A stretch of 64,000 nucleotides of DNA from Fidelibacterota bacterium (GCA_046861385.1 JBHHTW010000005.1:1-64000), one strand, 5' to 3'. Positions 30,645 to 39,791 are shown, counted from the stretch's first letter. Notes: generated by a model from the letters alone, not told the origin. Program-made: numbers and translations.

Positions 30645-31813
30645 TTCGCACCTCCAATAGCTGAAGCAACTGCTTTTTCAGCCGCGTCAGCCAAGCTCGC
30701 TGCAACTAAAAATTCTAGAGGTGAATTATCCAATAGTTCTGCTGCTTCTTTTGAATTAGTCCCCTCAAGTCGGACGACGACCGGTATATTTACTTCAACT
30801 GTCTCCATTGCATCAATTACACCTTGAGCGACGCGGTCACAACGGACAATTCCACCAAAAATATTGATTAAGATCGATTTTACGTTCGGGTCGGATAAAA
30901 TGATTTTAAAACCATTGGCAACCGTTTCAGCATTCGCGACACCGCCAACGTCCAAAAAATTAGCAGGTTCACCACCGTAAATTTTAATAATATCCATCGT
31001 CCCCATGGCCAAACCGGCTCCATTCACCATGCAGCCAACATTCCCATCTAATTTGATATAATTCAATTTGTATTTGCTCGCTTTCAATTCGGCAGGGTTT
31101 TCTTCCGTAATATCACGATAATCCAGTAATTCCTTATGACGAAAAAGACCATTATCGTCGAAATTTATTTTTGCATCCAATGCCATCACGTGATCATCAC
31201 CAGTCACGACCAATGGATTTATTTCAACCAATGAACAATCATTTTCTGAAAAAACAGTCCAGACCGACAGAAAGATGTTCACAGCGGAGTCAATTTGTTT
31301 GCCGGTTAATCCTAAGGCAATCGCCAGGTTCCGCGCTTGGGATGTGGTCAATCCTTTCTCGGGATCAATCCACTCTTTAATAATCTTTTCCGGTGTGTCA
31401 GAAGCTACTTTTTCAATTTCCATTCCGCCTTCAGTAGAAACCATAAAAGCGAACTGCCGCTTTGCCCTATCCAAAACGATTCCTGCATATAATTCCCGGG
31501 CAATGTCCACACCTGTTTCAACAAGTAATCTCTGGACTTCCTTTCCTTCGGAACCGGTTTGATGGGTAACCAGATTCATCCCCAGTATTTGGGATGCATA
31601 TTTCTTAACTTCATCCCTGGTGTGAGCGAGTTTTACTCCACCACCTTTTCCCCGGCCGCCTGCATGAATTTGGGCTTTTACAACTGCCGTCTCAACGTTG
31701 AGTTGATCATAAGCATCCAGTGCTTCACCAACAGAAAATGCTGGGTATCCTTCGGGAACACTGACCTGATATTTTCGAAAGAGTTCCTTTGCCTGATATT
31801 CGTGTATTTTCAT
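30641..31813 (-). CDS. sucC: Succinyl-CoA synthetase beta subunit
   Basis: [25 protein letters not shown] and [10 protein letters not shown]. Confidence 0.98.
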   Translation of the reverse strand: MKIHEYQAKELFRKYQVSVPEGYPAFSVGEALDAYDQLNVETAVVKAQIHAGGRGKGGGVKLAHTRDEVKKYASQILGMNLVTHQTGSEGKEVQRLLVETGVDIARELYAGIVLDRAKRQFAFMVSTEGGMEIEKVASDTPEKIIKEWIDPEKGLTTSQARNLAIALGLTGKQIDSAVNIFLSVWTVFSENDCSLVEINPLVVTGDDHVMALDAKINFDDNGLFRHKELLDYRDITEENPAELKASKYKLNYIKLDGNVGCMVNGAGLAMGTMDIIKIYGGEPANFLDVGGVANAETVANGFKIILSDPNVKSILINIFGGIVRCDRVAQGVIDAMETVEVNIPVVVRLEGTNSKEAAELLDNSPLEFLVAASLADAAEKAVASAIGGAK

Positions 31814-31874
31814 TATTCTATTTCCATATGTTTATTTTATCCATCAAAATTTTTCAATTTCTTCAATAATTACT

Positions 31875-31950
31875 CACCACCCCTCTGAATGCGATAAAAA
31901 TGATTAACGAATCATAAATCCCCTCCTCGGCCCCGGGGTCTGGGGTGGTG
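31875..31950. repeat. GC-rich inverted-repeat (REP-like) intergenic element
   Basis: CACCACCCC (31875-31883) pairs with GGGGTGGTG (31942-31950) and encloses an ATGATT/AATCAT hairpin and CCCCTCCTCGGCCCCGGGG. Confidence 0.5.
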
Positions 31951-31963
31951 TTAAACATTGATC

Positions 31964-33283
31964 CTAAATCATATTATTCTCTTTCAATACATCTTGAATA
32001 TTCGGACTTCCTTTTTCCTGCAGGTCATAGGTTACCCGAACGCTGGGATGGGAAATGGTTATTATTCTGCGTAAATCAATGGGGGTACCGATGATAACAA
32101 GGTCACAATCCGTGCTGTTGATTGTATTTTCCAGATCACTAATCTGTTCAGATCCATATCCCATGGCGGGAAGCAGCGTTCCTATATTCGGATATTGAGC
32201 AAATGTTTCGTTCAATTTTCCCGTGAGATAGGGTCGAGGATCAACCATTTCGGATGCACCAAATTGTTCAGCAGCGACCGTTCCTGCGCCAATTTTCATT
32301 TCACCGTGGGTCAGCGTTGGACCATCTTCAACGACGAGAACTCTTTTCCCTGATATTAGCTCAGGGGCATCCACAGAAATGGGGGAATCGCCTTCTATCA
32401 CTACTGCACCGGGATTGGCGATTTCAATATTGGTTTTCACCGTTTCAATACCTGCTTCACCTGCAGTGTCAATCTTATTAATCACAACAACATCTGCCAT
32501 GAGCAAATTTGTTTCTCCGGGATAATAGGTTAATTCATGCCCAGGCCGATGGGGATCCGTTACAACAATTGATAAATCGGGTTTGTAAAAAGGCATATCA
32601 TTATTTCCACCATCCCACAGAATAATATCTGCCTCTTTTTCTGCCTCTCGGACAATAGCCTCGTAATCTGCGCCGGCAAATACAACTGTTCCTTGAGTAA
32701 TATGGGGTTCATATTCTTCCATTTCTTCAATGGTGCAATTGTGTTTTTTTAAATCATCAATGGAGGCAAATCTCTGGACATCTTGTTTTGTCAGATCACC
32801 GTAAGGCATCGGATGGCGTATGGCAGCCACTTTTTTCCCTGCTTCTTTCAATATCTGGGCAACCTTACGTGTAGTTTGGCTTTTTCCGCATCCGGTCCTG
32901 ACGGCGCAAACTGAAATCACCGGTTTGGTGGACTTGATCATCGTTGGTTCTCCGCCCAACAATTTAAAGTGTGCTCCGGCAGCTATGACTTTTGATGCTT
33001 TATGCATCACAGCTTCATGGGAAATATCCGAGTAAGAGAATACAACTTCCTCGATAGAATGTTCTTTAATTAATTCTTCAAGTCTGCTTTCATCAAAAAT
33101 TGGAATTCCATTTGGATATAGGGAACCTGATAATACTCCCGGATACATTCTACCTTCTATATCTGGTATCTGCGTGGCAGTAAAAGCCACTATTTTGTAG
33201 GAGTCATTATTTCGATAAACTACATTGAAATTATGAAAGTCACGTCCTGCGGCTCCCATAATAATTGTCTTAATTGGTTTCAT
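31964..33283 (-). CDS. COG2403 P-loop protein (cyclic 2,3-diphosphoglycerate synthetase-like; candidate arginine synthetase ArcE)
   Basis: IIMGAAGRDFHNFN, AVRTGCGKSQT, RHPMPYG, WDGGNND and VEDGPTLTHG motifs. Confidence 0.8.
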   Translation of the reverse strand: MKPIKTIIMGAAGRDFHNFNVVYRNNDSYKIVAFTATQIPDIEGRMYPGVLSGSLYPNGIPIFDESRLEELIKEHSIEEVVFSYSDISHEAVMHKASKVIAAGAHFKLLGGEPTMIKSTKPVISVCAVRTGCGKSQTTRKVAQILKEAGKKVAAIRHPMPYGDLTKQDVQRFASIDDLKKHNCTIEEMEEYEPHITQGTVVFAGADYEAIVREAEKEADIILWDGGNNDMPFYKPDLSIVVTDPHRPGHELTYYPGETNLLMADVVVINKIDTAGEAGIETVKTNIEIANPGAVVIEGDSPISVDAPELISGKRVLVVEDGPTLTHGEMKIGAGTVAAEQFGASEMVDPRPYLTGKLNETFAQYPNIGTLLPAMGYGSEQISDLENTINSTDCDLVIIGTPIDLRRIITISHPSVRVTYDLQEKGSPNIQDVLKENNMI

Positions 33284-33460
33284 TTTTTAAATCCTTTTGC
33301 TTATTTGTTTTTCTAATTATTTTTTTTATGAAGAAGTACAAATATTAGGTAAAACCAAAAGTCTGTCTAAAGAAAAGAATATATTTTAAGAACTTGGTCA
33401 TTGATTGTTTCATAACCGTTATTATTTTACCGTCACTCACCTATTTATCTATCCAATATT

Positions 33461-35095
33461 TTATTCTTTTGCCATAAAAGGATAACGATAATCCTTAGGC
33501 GGATCGAAAGTTTCTTTTATCGTTCGCTGTGATACCCAGCGAATCAGGTTGAAAATAGAGCCTGCTTTATCATTTGTCCCGGAGGCACGACTTCCGCCAA
33601 AAGGCTGTTGCCCTACTACCGCACCAGTGGGTTTATCGTTAATATAAAAATTACCTGCAGCGTGGGTCAATCGCTTGGAGGCTATCTCCACCGCTTTTCT
33701 GTCCAGACCAAACACACACCCCGTAAGGGCATAAGGGGAAGTTTCATCTATCAGATTTAAAGTTTTTTCCCAATCATCCGGATCATACAAATAAATCGTT
33801 AATACAGGACCAAAAATTTCCTCACACATGGTACAATATTTTGGATCAGAAGTTAAGATAGTTGTTGGTTCGATAAAATATCCGATTGAATCATCGTAGT
33901 TCCCTCCCGTAATGATTTCTGCATTGGTATCCTTTTGGGCGTTGTCGATATATGAAGTAATTGTATCAAAAGCAGCCTGATCAATCACTGCATTCATGAA
34001 ATTGGTAAAATCCTCGGAATCCCCCATTTTTATCGTTTCTACTTGTGTAATATATTTTTCTTTCACGGTATCCCAAATGGTCGTTGGAATGTAGGCACGA
34101 GAAAGAGCAGAGCATTTTTGTCCTTGATACTCAAAAGCACCACGAACCATAGCGGTGACTAGTGCATCGATATCTGATGAATCGTGAGCAATGCAAAAAT
34201 CTTTTCCTCCTGTTTCACCCACAATCCGAGGGTAGGTTTTGTAACCCTTAATATTATTACCTATTTCCGACCACATACCCTGAAAAACCTTTGTCGATCC
34301 GGTAAAATGAACACCGGCTAGATTTTCATCCTTCATGACAATAGGACCCACAGTGGAACCAGAGCCGGGAATGAAATTAATAACACCATCAGGAATTCCC
34401 GCTCTACGAAAGAGATCCATAATATAATGGGCGCTATAAACTGCGCTGGATGCAGGTTTCCACAAAACGACATTTCCCATAAGGGCCGGTGACATGGGAA
34501 GATTACCCGCAATCGATGTAAAATTGAATGGCGTCACTGCAAAAACGAATCCTTCTAATGACCGATGCTCCAATCGATTCCACATCCCATCGGGAGAATA
34601 AGTGGGCTGCTGCTCATATAATTCCTGGGCATACCAACAGTTAAAATTTAGAAAGTCAATAAATTCGCAGGCAGAATCAATTTCAGCTTGATAGGCATTT
34701 TTACTTTGACCCAACATAGTAGCGGCATTGAGCGTTTGCTCTTCATGGCGTTGAAGGATGGAAGCCATTTTCTTAAATATAGCTGCCCGCGCTTCCCAAG
34801 GCGTTTTAGACCAAGAACTCCAAGCGTCCATAGACGCTTCGATGGCCAATTTTATTTCTTTTTCACCTGCTTGATGGAAATATCCCAAAATATGCTGATG
34901 GTTATGGGGAACTCTCATTTCACCCATATTTCCGGTCTTTATTTCTTGCCCTCCGATAATGAGAGGTACTTCAATTTCTTGTGATTTTAATTCTTCAATT
35001 CTTTTTTTTAGTGCAGCTTTTTCCAGTGAGCCGGGAGCATAGGAAAGGATGGGTTCGTTAAATGGTTTGGGTACGATGGCTTTTGCATTCTGCAT
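33461..35095 (-). CDS. pruA: Delta-1-pyrroline-5-carboxylate (L-glutamate gamma-semialdehyde) dehydrogenase
   Basis: NEPILSYAPGS, PFNFT, GETGGKD, YQGQKCSA and QQPFGGSRASGTNDK. Confidence 0.95.
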   Translation of the reverse strand: MQNAKAIVPKPFNEPILSYAPGSLEKAALKKRIEELKSQEIEVPLIIGGQEIKTGNMGEMRVPHNHQHILGYFHQAGEKEIKLAIEASMDAWSSWSKTPWEARAAIFKKMASILQRHEEQTLNAATMLGQSKNAYQAEIDSACEFIDFLNFNCWYAQELYEQQPTYSPDGMWNRLEHRSLEGFVFAVTPFNFTSIAGNLPMSPALMGNVVLWKPASSAVYSAHYIMDLFRRAGIPDGVINFIPGSGSTVGPIVMKDENLAGVHFTGSTKVFQGMWSEIGNNIKGYKTYPRIVGETGGKDFCIAHDSSDIDALVTAMVRGAFEYQGQKCSALSRAYIPTTIWDTVKEKYITQVETIKMGDSEDFTNFMNAVIDQAAFDTITSYIDNAQKDTNAEIITGGNYDDSIGYFIEPTTILTSDPKYCTMCEEIFGPVLTIYLYDPDDWEKTLNLIDETSPYALTGCVFGLDRKAVEIASKRLTHAAGNFYINDKPTGAVVGQQPFGGSRASGTNDKAGSIFNLIRWVSQRTIKETFDPPKDYRYPFMAKE

Positions 35096-35189
35096 ATTAG
35101 ACCTGTTCTTAACTTCAATTATTTGTTAGAGAGTAGTAAACTAACTCAATATAACACTATACTTGTCGATAGCAAAATCATACATTTCA

Positions 35190-35247
35190 ATAATTATTTA
35201 AAACGTAAAACGTAAAAGAAATATATAATTACGTTTTAAATAATTAT
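35190..35247. repeat. Perfect 19-bp inverted repeat with 20-bp spacer
   Basis: ATAATTATTTAAAACGTAA (35190-35208) and TTACGTTTTAAATAATTAT (35229-35247). Confidence 0.9.
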
Positions 35248-35400
35248 GTTTTATGTATAACAGCGCTCCTAATTTTCTACCCATGTAAACTTATTAATTC
35301 TTAAACCGGCGAATAATCAGGTTAAAACTATTTAGTGAATTTTAGCCAAGGAATTTACCAAATTTACAGACTGCGAATCAAGGTAAGGAGTTGGGGAATT

Positions 35401-35536
35401 TATGGAATATGGAACATAGAAAATACTAGACCGCAGAACACATAGCATAGGCAGGGAAGATGGAGGGTGATGCATAACTAATTATTCTAATTATTGTACA
35501 GCCAATCATCCAATCTATCAATCTATCAATCAATCA
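35401..35536. repeat. Degenerate short tandem repeats downstream of dusB
   Basis: TATGGAATATGGAACATAGAA and GGAAGATGGAG share words with the 1-76 repeat; CAATCTATCAATCTATCAATCAATC abuts the dusB stop. Confidence 0.6.
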
Positions 35537-36502
35537 TTCACCCATTTTTTCTTTCTCCAAAAGGTTCTTCATCTCATCTTTTCCTTGTGCTGTTACCAAT
35601 GACTGTCTGAGAGCGGCCGCCCCGGGGAAACCTTTTATATACCATCCGAAATGCTTTCTCATGAGATTACTGCCAATTTTTTCACCGCGGGATTCGATGA
35701 GTAATTCCAAATGCCGTATGCACATGTCCATACGATCTTGAATTCCGGGCGTAGAAGGAAGGGGAGTGCTGTATAAAAAGGCGCTAGCCTGTTTAAAAAA
35801 CCAGGGATTACCCATTGCACCCCGACCAATCATGACTGCGTCACAGTTGGTTTCTTGAAACATTTGAAGTACATCGTCCGGTTTTTTTATATCCCCATTT
35901 CCAATGACAGGAATGGAAACAGATCGTTTTAATTCTGCAATTAATTCCCAATTGGCATTTCCTTTATAGTTTTGTTTTGTGGTTCGAGGGTGGAGTGTAA
36001 TGGCTTTTATACCAATTTTTTCTAGTCGAATCCCTGCTTCATTTGCTATAATACTGGATGAATCCCAGCCGGCTCGCATTTTGACCGTGACAGGCAATTC
36101 CGGTACTGATTCTACAACTGCGGAAGTAATATCGTCCATAAGACATAAGTCTTTCAAAGCTGCTGATCCGGCACCTTTTTTGGTCACCTTGGGTACGGGA
36201 CAACCATAATTAATATCAATAATGTCAGGTTTGAATTTATCGGCGACCATTCGCGCTGCTTTGCCCATGACGTCTGGAGAATCACCAAAGATTTGAATGC
36301 CAATTGGTCGTTCAGCTTCAGTAAATCGAATCATATCCAATGTTTTTTCGTTTTCACGAATGATACCGTGGGCAGAAACAAATTCAGAATAGACCATTCC
36401 GGCGCCCATTTCCTTGCACAACATACGGAAAGAATAGTCGGTGACTCCGGCCATAGGAGCAAGGAAAACTGGTGTTTTAATATTTACATTGCCGATTTGC
36501 AT
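35534..36502 (-). CDS. dusB: tRNA-dihydrouridine synthase B
   Basis: LAPMAGVTD, IDINYGCP, GAGSAAL, IGNGDI and MIGRGAMGNPW. Confidence 0.96.
   Translation of the reverse strand: MQIGNVNIKTPVFLAPMAGVTDYSFRMLCKEMGAGMVYSEFVSAHGIIRENEKTLDMIRFTEAERPIGIQIFGDSPDVMGKAARMVADKFKPDIIDINYGCPVPKVTKKGAGSAALKDLCLMDDITSAVVESVPELPVTVKMRAGWDSSSIIANEAGIRLEKIGIKAITLHPRTTKQNYKGNANWELIAELKRSVSIPVIGNGDIKKPDDVLQMFQETNCDAVMIGRGAMGNPWFFKQASAFLYSTPLPSTPGIQDRMDMCIRHLELLIESRGEKIGSNLMRKHFGWYIKGFPGAAALRQSLVTAQGKDEMKNLLEKEKMGE
36374..36502 (-). repeat. Direct repeat copy 1: dusB 5' end within the intact gene
   Basis: 36387-36502 is identical to 37773-37888 (116 bp); extends to 36374 with two synonymous mismatches. Confidence 0.97.
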
Positions 36503-36527
36503 GATTGAATAATCAGGATTCGTGTTA

Positions 36528-37649
36528 TTATTTCAAGAAGTCATCCATATTATCAGGTGTAATTATTTGGCTGGTCCCGATATCGTATTCATTCATAAAT
36601 GTTTTTGGAAACCGTACGTTTTTTGTAGGATTCCACTTAAACTCAAATGCATGTAAAAGACCATCCCGTTCTTCAATATAATCAATTTCCTGTTGCTGGG
36701 TAGTTCGCCAATAAAAGCAATTCGACCATTTTTGTTTATAAGCGATTTGTTTTCGTCTTTCACCTAAAATAAAATTCTCCCACAATGCGCCTACATCGAG
36801 GCGTAATGCTAAAGGCTGGTATGCTGCAAGGATTGCATTCCGAATCCCATTATCAAAAAAGTATACTTTTCGTTTCGTGTTAATCTCATTTCGGATGTTT
36901 CTGGCGAATGGCTTAAGACGGTATACAATAAATGCTTTCTCGAGTAAATCCAAATAGTTCATAACTGTTTTTTTATCGACCTCTAACAATCTACCTAATT
37001 CACTAAAGGATACTTCATTTCCTATTTGCAGTGCAAGTGCTTGAAGTAACTTTTCCAGTAATTCCGGTTTTCGCAATCCTTTGTAGGATAAAATATCCTT
37101 GTATAGGAAACTGGAAGCTAATTGGGTTAGAATTTCATTTTCATTCCCTGGATGGTTTATCACATCGGGATACATTCCATAGATTAATCGTTGCTCCAAT
37201 TGCCCTTTGGCAGAAAGATAACCTATATCATTTGTTAATTCATTCCAACTAATAGGATAAAGCATGTATTCTAATTTTCTACCAGTGAGCGGTTCATTTA
37301 TATTAGAAGAAATTTCCAATGCTGACGACCCACTTACCATTACATTTATATCAGGAAAAGTGTCATGAATTAACTTTAAAAGCAAACCACTATTCTTTAC
37401 TCTTTGTATTTCATCAATAAAGACTCGTTTATGTTCTCCAAGGATCACACGGATTTGCTCGACAGACTTTAATTCTAAATTAATTCGAATATTAGGGTCA
37501 TCGCAATTCAACCAAAGGTGCGATCCTGTTTCTTGAGCTATCTGTTTCATCAAGGTCGTTTTACCTGTTTGGCGAGGTCCGAGGATAACAATGGTCTTTT
37601 TTGACCATTTATTGGTCATTAGTGTTTGATATATTTGTCTATTTATCAT
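36528..37649 (-). CDS. AAA+ ATPase (AAA_14) with C-terminal DUF4143 domain
   Basis: Walker A GPRQTGKT, Walker B VFIDEIQ, SGSS, LTGRK; C-terminal YWRT..QEIDYI...AFEFKW; start probably ATG 37649 (ORF track 37670). Confidence 0.92.
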   Translation of the reverse strand: MINRQIYQTLMTNKWSKKTIVILGPRQTGKTTLMKQIAQETGSHLWLNCDDPNIRINLELKSVEQIRVILGEHKRVFIDEIQRVKNSGLLLKLIHDTFPDINVMVSGSSALEISSNINEPLTGRKLEYMLYPISWNELTNDIGYLSAKGQLEQRLIYGMYPDVINHPGNENEILTQLASSFLYKDILSYKGLRKPELLEKLLQALALQIGNEVSFSELGRLLEVDKKTVMNYLDLLEKAFIVYRLKPFARNIRNEINTKRKVYFFDNGIRNAILAAYQPLALRLDVGALWENFILGERRKQIAYKQKWSNCFYWRTTQQQEIDYIEERDGLLHAFEFKWNPTKNVRFPKTFMNEYDIGTSQIITPDNMDDFLK

Positions 37650-37741
37650 TTTTTTCACGATTGTATTCACCGAATATTATAATATATAGGGATTATAATC
37701 AATATTAAAAAAACGAATTCAAAATCGAATCCCTCACGAGT

Positions 37742-37888
37742 TCAAATGATACTATGTGAAGACACAAATTCGGAATAGACCATTCCGGCGCCCATTTCCT
37801 TGCACAACATACGGAAAGAATAGTCGGTGACTCCGGCCATAGGAGCAAGGAAAACTGGTGTTTTAATATTTACATTGCCGATTTGCAT
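37742..37888 (-). pseudogene. dusB: Truncated dusB 5' fragment (48 aa); direct repeat copy 2
   Basis: Reads MQIGNVNIKTPVFLAPMAGVTDYSFRMLCKEMGAGMVYSEFVSSHSII-stop, against ...FVSAHGIIREN in the intact gene. Confidence 0.93.
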
Positions 37889-38098
37889 ATGCGAATTTAT
37901 TATGAATCCTTTAAGAGGAAAAAATATTGAATATTCATCATTCTTCCAGAAATTATTCAGTGTTTAACGGATCCTTGACCAAACAGTCATTCAAACATGG
38001 AATCATTCATTCCTCACATTGAAAGATAGTAATTTGTAAGAATGAAATGTTGCATTAAATTCGCCGGCAAAATTATACAAAAATAGGAAGAATTTATT

Positions 38099-38335
38099 AT
38101 GAGTAGAATATGTGACGTCACCGGCAAAAAACCCATGTATGGGAATAACGTGAGTCATGCGCACAATAAAACGCGACGACGCTTTAATATTAATCTCCAG
38201 AGGAAGCGTTTTTGGCTTCCTGACGAGAAACGATATATAACGCTGAACGTATCAACGCAGGGTATGCGGTTAATTGATAAAAAGGGGATTACAAGAGTCG
38301 TAAGTGAAATGCGCATTCGAGGTGTAAAAGTTTAA
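38099..38335 (+). CDS. rpmB: 50S ribosomal protein L28
   Basis: [29 protein letters not shown]. Confidence 0.98.
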   Translation: MSRICDVTGKKPMYGNNVSHAHNKTRRRFNINLQRKRFWLPDEKRYITLNVSTQGMRLIDKKGITRVVSEMRIRGVKV

Positions 38336-38360
38336 CAAACATTATTAATCATCTTTAATG

Positions 38361-38395
38361 AAAAACCCTTTGCCTTTCGGCAAAGGGTTTTTTTT
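38361..38395 (+). terminator. Rho-independent terminator, probably bidirectional
   Basis: AAAAACCCTTTGCC-tttc-GGCAAAGGGTTTTTTTT between the convergent rpmB and ftsZ genes. Confidence 0.92.
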
Positions 38396-38445
38396 AACTT
38401 AACTTGCTTGGCCAAACCCAAGAATTCTTACGTTTTTATTGTTTA

Positions 38446-38551
38446 GTCATTGCGAGGATTCCGATTTATCGGATGACGCGGTAATCTCCTTTCTTTGAAG
38501 AATGCGAGAAGATCGCTTCATCCCGCCATAAATGACGGGATTCGCGATGAC
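38446..38551. repeat. Palindromic REP/RPE-like miniature element (GTCATTGCGAG...TCGCGATGAC type)
   Basis: Termini GTCATTGCGAG and TTCGCGATGAC pair; internal hairpins TCCGAT-tt-ATCGGA and TCCCG...CGGGA; GCGGTAATCT/AGATCGC arm. Confidence 0.75.
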
Positions 38552-38558
38552 ATTATTT

Positions 38559-39749
38559 TTACTCATGTTGGCGGCGAATAAAAGCCGGTATTTCAATATC
38601 GTCTCCATAGATCACCGGATTTGTATCATCAAAATGGAATTTTGAGATAGAGGGTCGTTCGCTTTTAGGCTCCGATACAACTTTCTGATTAAACAGAGGA
38701 ACGTTTTCCTGATCCGCAAGAATTCTTGCCTGCTTTTGTCTGGGGATTTCGTTAACTTGTTTTGTTTCTGTATTCACTTCCTTCGGAATCCTCTGATTAA
38801 ATCCGGTTGCGATCACCGTAACACGAATTTCTTCAGTCATCCTCGGATCGATTACAGCACCAAAAATAATATTAGCATCATCACCCGCTTCTTCGAAAAT
38901 GATAGATGTCGCTTCATCCACTTCCATTAATGTAAGGTCTGGTCCGCCGGTAATATTCACCAAGACACCCTGTGCTCCACTGATCGATGCACTATCCAAA
39001 AGTGGACTCGATATCGCTTGTTGTGCCGCTAATACAGCCCGTTCTTCACCGCCGGCCACACCGGTACCCATAATCGCCTCACCCATATTTTTCATAATGG
39101 TTTCCACATCAGCGAAGTCCAGATTAATTAACCCGTGTACATTGATTAAATCCGAAATTCCTTTTGCTGCTTGATGGAGTATGGAGTCAGCCAATTTGAA
39201 TGCTTCAAGAACAGTGGTATTACTGTCCACAATTGACATTAATTTCTGATTCGGTATTGAGATAACTGTGTCACATGATTTCCGTAAGTCGGAAAGACCT
39301 CCTAATCCACGATTCATGCGCTTGGGACCTTCAAAATTAAAGGGAAGAGTAATGATTCCAACGGTAAGAATTTCCATTTCCTTTGCCATTTGAGCAACGG
39401 CAGATGCTGCGCCGGTTCCTGTGCCACCACCCATTCCAGCCGTAATGAAAACCATATCAGCTCCTGTTAAAACACTCTCGACTGCTTCACGATCTGATTC
39501 AACTGCTTCTCTGCCAACATCCGACTTTGCTCCGGCACCGAGACCCTTGGTGAGATTTTTACCAATTTGTATTTTATGTTTGGCTGCATTGTTTTCCAGG
39601 TCTTGGGCGTCAGTATTGATTACAATAAAATCTACACCTTGCATTCCTGCTTGTATCATGCGGTTCACAGCGTTTCCGCCTGCTCCGCCTACTCCTATGA
39701 CTTTCAGTTTGGCTTTTTGTTCAGCAATACTATCAAATTCAAATAACAT
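38559..39749 (-). CDS. ftsZ: Cell division protein FtsZ
   Basis: VIGVGGAGGNAV, GMGGGTGTG, NLDFAD and C-terminal DIEIPAFIR. Confidence 0.99.
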   Translation of the reverse strand: MLFEFDSIAEQKAKLKVIGVGGAGGNAVNRMIQAGMQGVDFIVINTDAQDLENNAAKHKIQIGKNLTKGLGAGAKSDVGREAVESDREAVESVLTGADMVFITAGMGGGTGTGAASAVAQMAKEMEILTVGIITLPFNFEGPKRMNRGLGGLSDLRKSCDTVISIPNQKLMSIVDSNTTVLEAFKLADSILHQAAKGISDLINVHGLINLDFADVETIMKNMGEAIMGTGVAGGEERAVLAAQQAISSPLLDSASISGAQGVLVNITGGPDLTLMEVDEATSIIFEEAGDDANIIFGAVIDPRMTEEIRVTVIATGFNQRIPKEVNTETKQVNEIPRQKQARILADQENVPLFNQKVVSEPKSERPSISKFHFDDTNPVIYGDDIEIPAFIRRQHE

Positions 39750-39791
39750 AGGTGTTCTCCTTTAGTTTGGTCGTTAAGTATGTGTTAATTA

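Larger units (their letters stand above)
36503..37888 (-). mobile_element. Putative 1386-bp islet (ATPase gene plus duplicated dusB 5' end) inserted at dusB
   Basis: One accessory gene bracketed by direct repeats of the dusB start; no integrase inside. Confidence 0.65.

Noticed and set aside
35229-35260. dif/Xer site (TTATGTT resembles the XerD arm)
   Set aside because: It does not match TTATGTTAAAT and lacks the 11-6-11 layout with a XerC arm.
36374-37888. Diversity-generating retroelement TR/VR pair
   Set aside because: The repeat is a gene 5' end, the mismatches are not adenine-specific on the coding strand, and no reverse transcriptase is present.
38446-38551. tRNA or known ncRNA gene
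   Set aside because: There is no T-loop GTTCRA, D-loop or CCA end, and the architecture fits a palindromic repeat better.
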